A stretch of DNA of 63,411 nt, the filler included, from Thraustochytrium aureum (taxonomy: Eukaryota): the NCBI GenBank assembly GCA_012862495.1. It is 7 parts of 2 records of this genome, joined end to end, with 100 filler letters (N's around TTAATTAATTAA, not from the genome) between each part and the next. Parts side by side here need not be neighbours in the genome. Positions count along the whole stretch, not along the records: positions 58,522 to 61,328 come from BLSG01000091.1; positions 61,429 to 63,411 come from BLSG01000092.1; 5 more parts are not named here. One strand, 5' to 3'. The notes below the pieces were generated by a model, which worked only from the letters and a program-made list of their open reading frames with translations, made no database searches and was not told the origin of the DNA. A program made the translations under genes and the position numbers. Shown here in pieces: positions 60,558-63,411 of the stretch; position 1 is the first letter of the stretch, and every line of letters begins with the position of its first letter.

Positions 60558-62236
60558 GCGGCCTCGACCTGCGGCACGCTCGTGTGGGAGCGCGGCTCGC
60601 ACCACCTGAACTGACGACTTGACGGGCCCTTGCGGCCCACTGGAACTGACGACTGATTTCGAGATGGTATGGCGACGCGGGAGGGGACGAGGGCCGGCCT
60701 GCAAGCTGCCGGAGCGGGCGAGGCGACGAACAGATCGAGATGTATGTGTGTTTGCGTGAGACTGAGGAAAAAAATGTCGCGCGCCGGCCCGGAAGGGCAA
60801 GCGCGCGAACGAACGGGTGCGGCCGCTGCATGGTGCGACCGTACATGAAATGAACCAGGCTTCCCGCATGGAGAGCCCCAAAGAAAGAAAGTCCAAAAAA
60901 AAGTGGCGAGGCGCGCAGAGCGCCTCAGTGGGCTGCGACGGGAGGGCACGACCGACCAACAAACCGCGAACCGCTTGCCCTCAAAGGGGGCGGCGTCTCG
61001 TTGGTTTGGCATTTGCCCTGCCCTGCCCTGCGCAGATCCCCAGCCCGCACATCAAGTCCCGACAGGGCAACGCGAAATGACGAGGAGAGAAGAATTTGCA
61101 AGGCGTGGAGCCGCCACGGCCCATTGGTTTGCTGTGGCGCGCTCCCGCAGACGGAGTGGGCCTCGACTCACGACCTGCCCCGCCGCACGCTACTGAGGTG
61201 CCGCGTCCGCCACGCCCCATGGCGGCCGGCCTGCTCTGGTCCCTTTAGCTTACCACGAACGAAAATCCAAAAAGGTCAGAAAACGCACACGCCTCCTCGG
61301 CCAGCCTGCGCTCGCCGCGGGCCGTGGCNNNNNNNNNNNNNNNNNNNNNNNNNNNNNNNNNNNNNNNNNNNNTTAATTAATTAANNNNNNNNNNNNNNNN
61401 NNNNNNNNNNNNNNNNNNNNNNNNNNNNAGCCGCTCTAGCGCGGCCAGTCCCGAGAGGTCCGGCGGGGCAGCGCCAGGTGCCACTGCGAGAGCCAGGCTG
61501 CGGCAGCTCTTCGGCACCTCGACCGCGGCGCTTGGCGTGTTCGGCACGTTCACGCCACTCCGGTCGGTCACCAGCAGGCGGCCGTCCGGCACGGCCACCG
61601 CGTGCACCTCAGCGGGAGGGAGGACGTCCATCTGGACTCTGGACAGAGTCTGGAGTCGCCGCGCTTCGAGAGAGCTGCGTCCAGCAGGGGATCGGACAAC
61701 CAAACCTCGGGCAAGGACTGGTGCCACCCAAGGAGCTCGAGGCTTGCCACCCAAGGAGCTCGAGGCTGCTTGGGTCTGGCCCGCGTCTGGCCCGCGCAGA
61801 GAAGGAGTGGGAAAGGAAGAATGGGTTGATCAGCGGTCTCGAGGGCGCCTGCGCGAGTCGTACGCGCAGAACACCCCCTGAGACCTTTACATTCCGCGGG
61901 TAGCCCGCGCCACGGTCCCTGGGAGAGTAGCCGGTTGCTTGCTCGCCCTCCGGTCTGGCGTCGCTCTGAGCGTGATGCGCTCTGTCGGTCGCCAGACGCC
62001 CGCTTGCTGTTGCGAAGCGGGTTTGGTGGGCCGCGGTAAGGTAACAGGTTGGATCCTACCGAGCGCCAGTTGTTCGCCGTCGGGAGGGTGCCGCCCAGTG
62101 GGGCGTCGAGTCTCCATGAGCTGGGCAACAAAACGGATCTCGAGCAACCCCGATTTTGCAGTTGCTCTCTTTACGTTTGGTGCCGGTTGCTGCTGCAGGT
62201 GCTTTGGCAGGATCGGCGGCCGGTGTAGGATGGACT

Positions 62237-63411
62237 CTAGGAATTAACGCAGTGGATCGTTGGTTCACCCTCCACGAATACGCCCATCGAGTGGCGCGCA
62301 TCGAAACGGCTCTGCAGCGCCCAGGTCTCGAGTGGAGTAAGCACATTGGCATCTTTGCGGGTACAGCCGAAGTGACGGTTTCTTTCCAAAGTGACGCTCG
62401 TATGGCGACTGTTTGTTGCGCGATGACGACAGTCTGTTGCGAAGATAGGTTCCTGTTGTGTAGGCATACGCCCACATGTTTTCAGGGAGACCTGAGCTGA
62501 GCAACATGATGCGCACCTGCCTGTTGTGGATGCGGTTCGCTCCTTCGGCGGGATGAGTGGAGTGGGCGTGAGGAGTGCCCACCCGCATCTGCCACTTCCA
62601 TGCTCGAATCTGCTTGGCGAACATGCACTCTGGTCCGACAAAGTACGATGCGTGGTCAACGTATATGGTCCTGACCGTTGGCTCAATGTCGCCGACGGGA
62701 TTGTTTTCATCCGCGCTCGGTTTGCCGATCCAGTCAGGATACCATCGCTGAAGAGCTTTGTGTGCATCTGCTGTTGTCGTGAGTCCGTAAGACTGAGTGT
62801 AGTTTGTGTTCAGGTCGCGGAAAGAAATCATGTACTTGAACCTGTGCTCGTGCGATTCCACGAACGGTCTCTGAACGTCTTCGGTTGCAGCCATTCGAGG
62901 CTTTTCCCCGTACGAGCCGTGAGGGCCGCGTGGAGGTGGAGCCCTCGTAATGTTGGCTTCCATGCACTCTACGCACGTTGGGTCGTCTTGAATGATTTCC
63001 CAGTTGTTGCTTGTGTTTCGGATTGTGTCATTCAATCGTCTACTTGATACATGGCCTAGCCTTCTGTGGTGCTGTATCTTCTGGTAGATTTGGTTCTCGC
63101 GAGATCTGCTCATGAACCCCGAGTGTTGAATGCGTGCGCTATGCGCTCTGTCGCGAATACCTTCCACGTTTATAGTCGGTGTTCCACGATCTGTGGTCAA
63201 CAGAATCCTTGCCCCATCAGGGCATAGGATGTAGTTTGCATTGTGGTCGAGACGTACGCTGTAGTGCATCTCGTTGAGCTTCTTCGTAGCGATGAGAGTG
63301 CAGAGTAGCACAGCCGATTTCCGTGAGAGCGATTCGTCCGGGGTGATGCTCAGAGAGCAGCCCGAGTCCACGACAACTCTGGGCCTATGGATGAGCTCGA
63401 CTCCACTTGTG
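62237..63411 (-). mobile_element. Degenerate Ty1/copia LTR-retrotransposon pol fragment (protease, GAG-pre-integrase, integrase)
   Basis: DSGCS protease motif, HRRLGH...CVEC zinc knuckle, and integrase core with D/D/E (EDVQ, YVDH, PAEGANR). Also LLSSGLPENMWAYA...YLRNR...SPYER. Frameshifted SRFDAR..GVFV. GC is lower than in host genes. Confidence 0.88.

Noticed and set aside
58470..60962. Long antisense ORFs (830 aa opposite PABP; similar ones at 17554-19290, 14544-15818, 639-1259)
   Set aside because: These are shadow ORFs caused by high GC3 codon bias and have no recognisable motifs.
61429..61632. Short minus-strand ORF MDVLPPAEVHAV...LSGLAALER, possibly the start of an LRR gene
   Set aside because: It is truncated by the linker and too short to support a call.

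Overview
This is GC-rich, intron-poor eukaryotic DNA from a flagellated protist. A stramenopile such as a labyrinthulomycete/thraustochytrid is plausible but is an inference. The window is not one contiguous locus: seven scaffold pieces are joined by an artificial N-flanked TTAATTAATTAA linker (20523, 26782, 35851, 48315, 58466, 61373). There are many internal N gaps, and frequent single-base indels break otherwise intact genes. Short canonical GT(A/G)AG/GTRCG...YAG introns (59-112 nt) can be spliced by eye in several genes. Recognisable genes: a long, Bacteroidota-type GAPDH; a TPR-IQ-LRR protein; a polycystin-2-like channel; a membrane-anchored TTL/ATP-grasp protein; a claudin-like tetraspan; two MFS transporters; a large secreted LEA-like/FDYSK-repeat membrane protein; a BCAS3-like protein; TFIIIC tau95; a bacterial-type transglutaminase-like protein; a YghU/YfcG-like GST; a cupin/JmjC-FN3-PA protein; mucolipin; CFAP299; a calaxin-like EF-hand protein; thioredoxin; B9D2; a WD40 protein; PABP; and a decayed Ty1/copia fragment. 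The most notable feature is a scaffold (35887-48270) whose only recognisable genes are four paralogous Gal4-type Zn(II)2Cys6 transcription factors. Each is coupled to a conserved helical linker and a PAS/PAC-like domain, suggesting a tandem array of one-component sensor-regulators in a non-fungal eukaryote.
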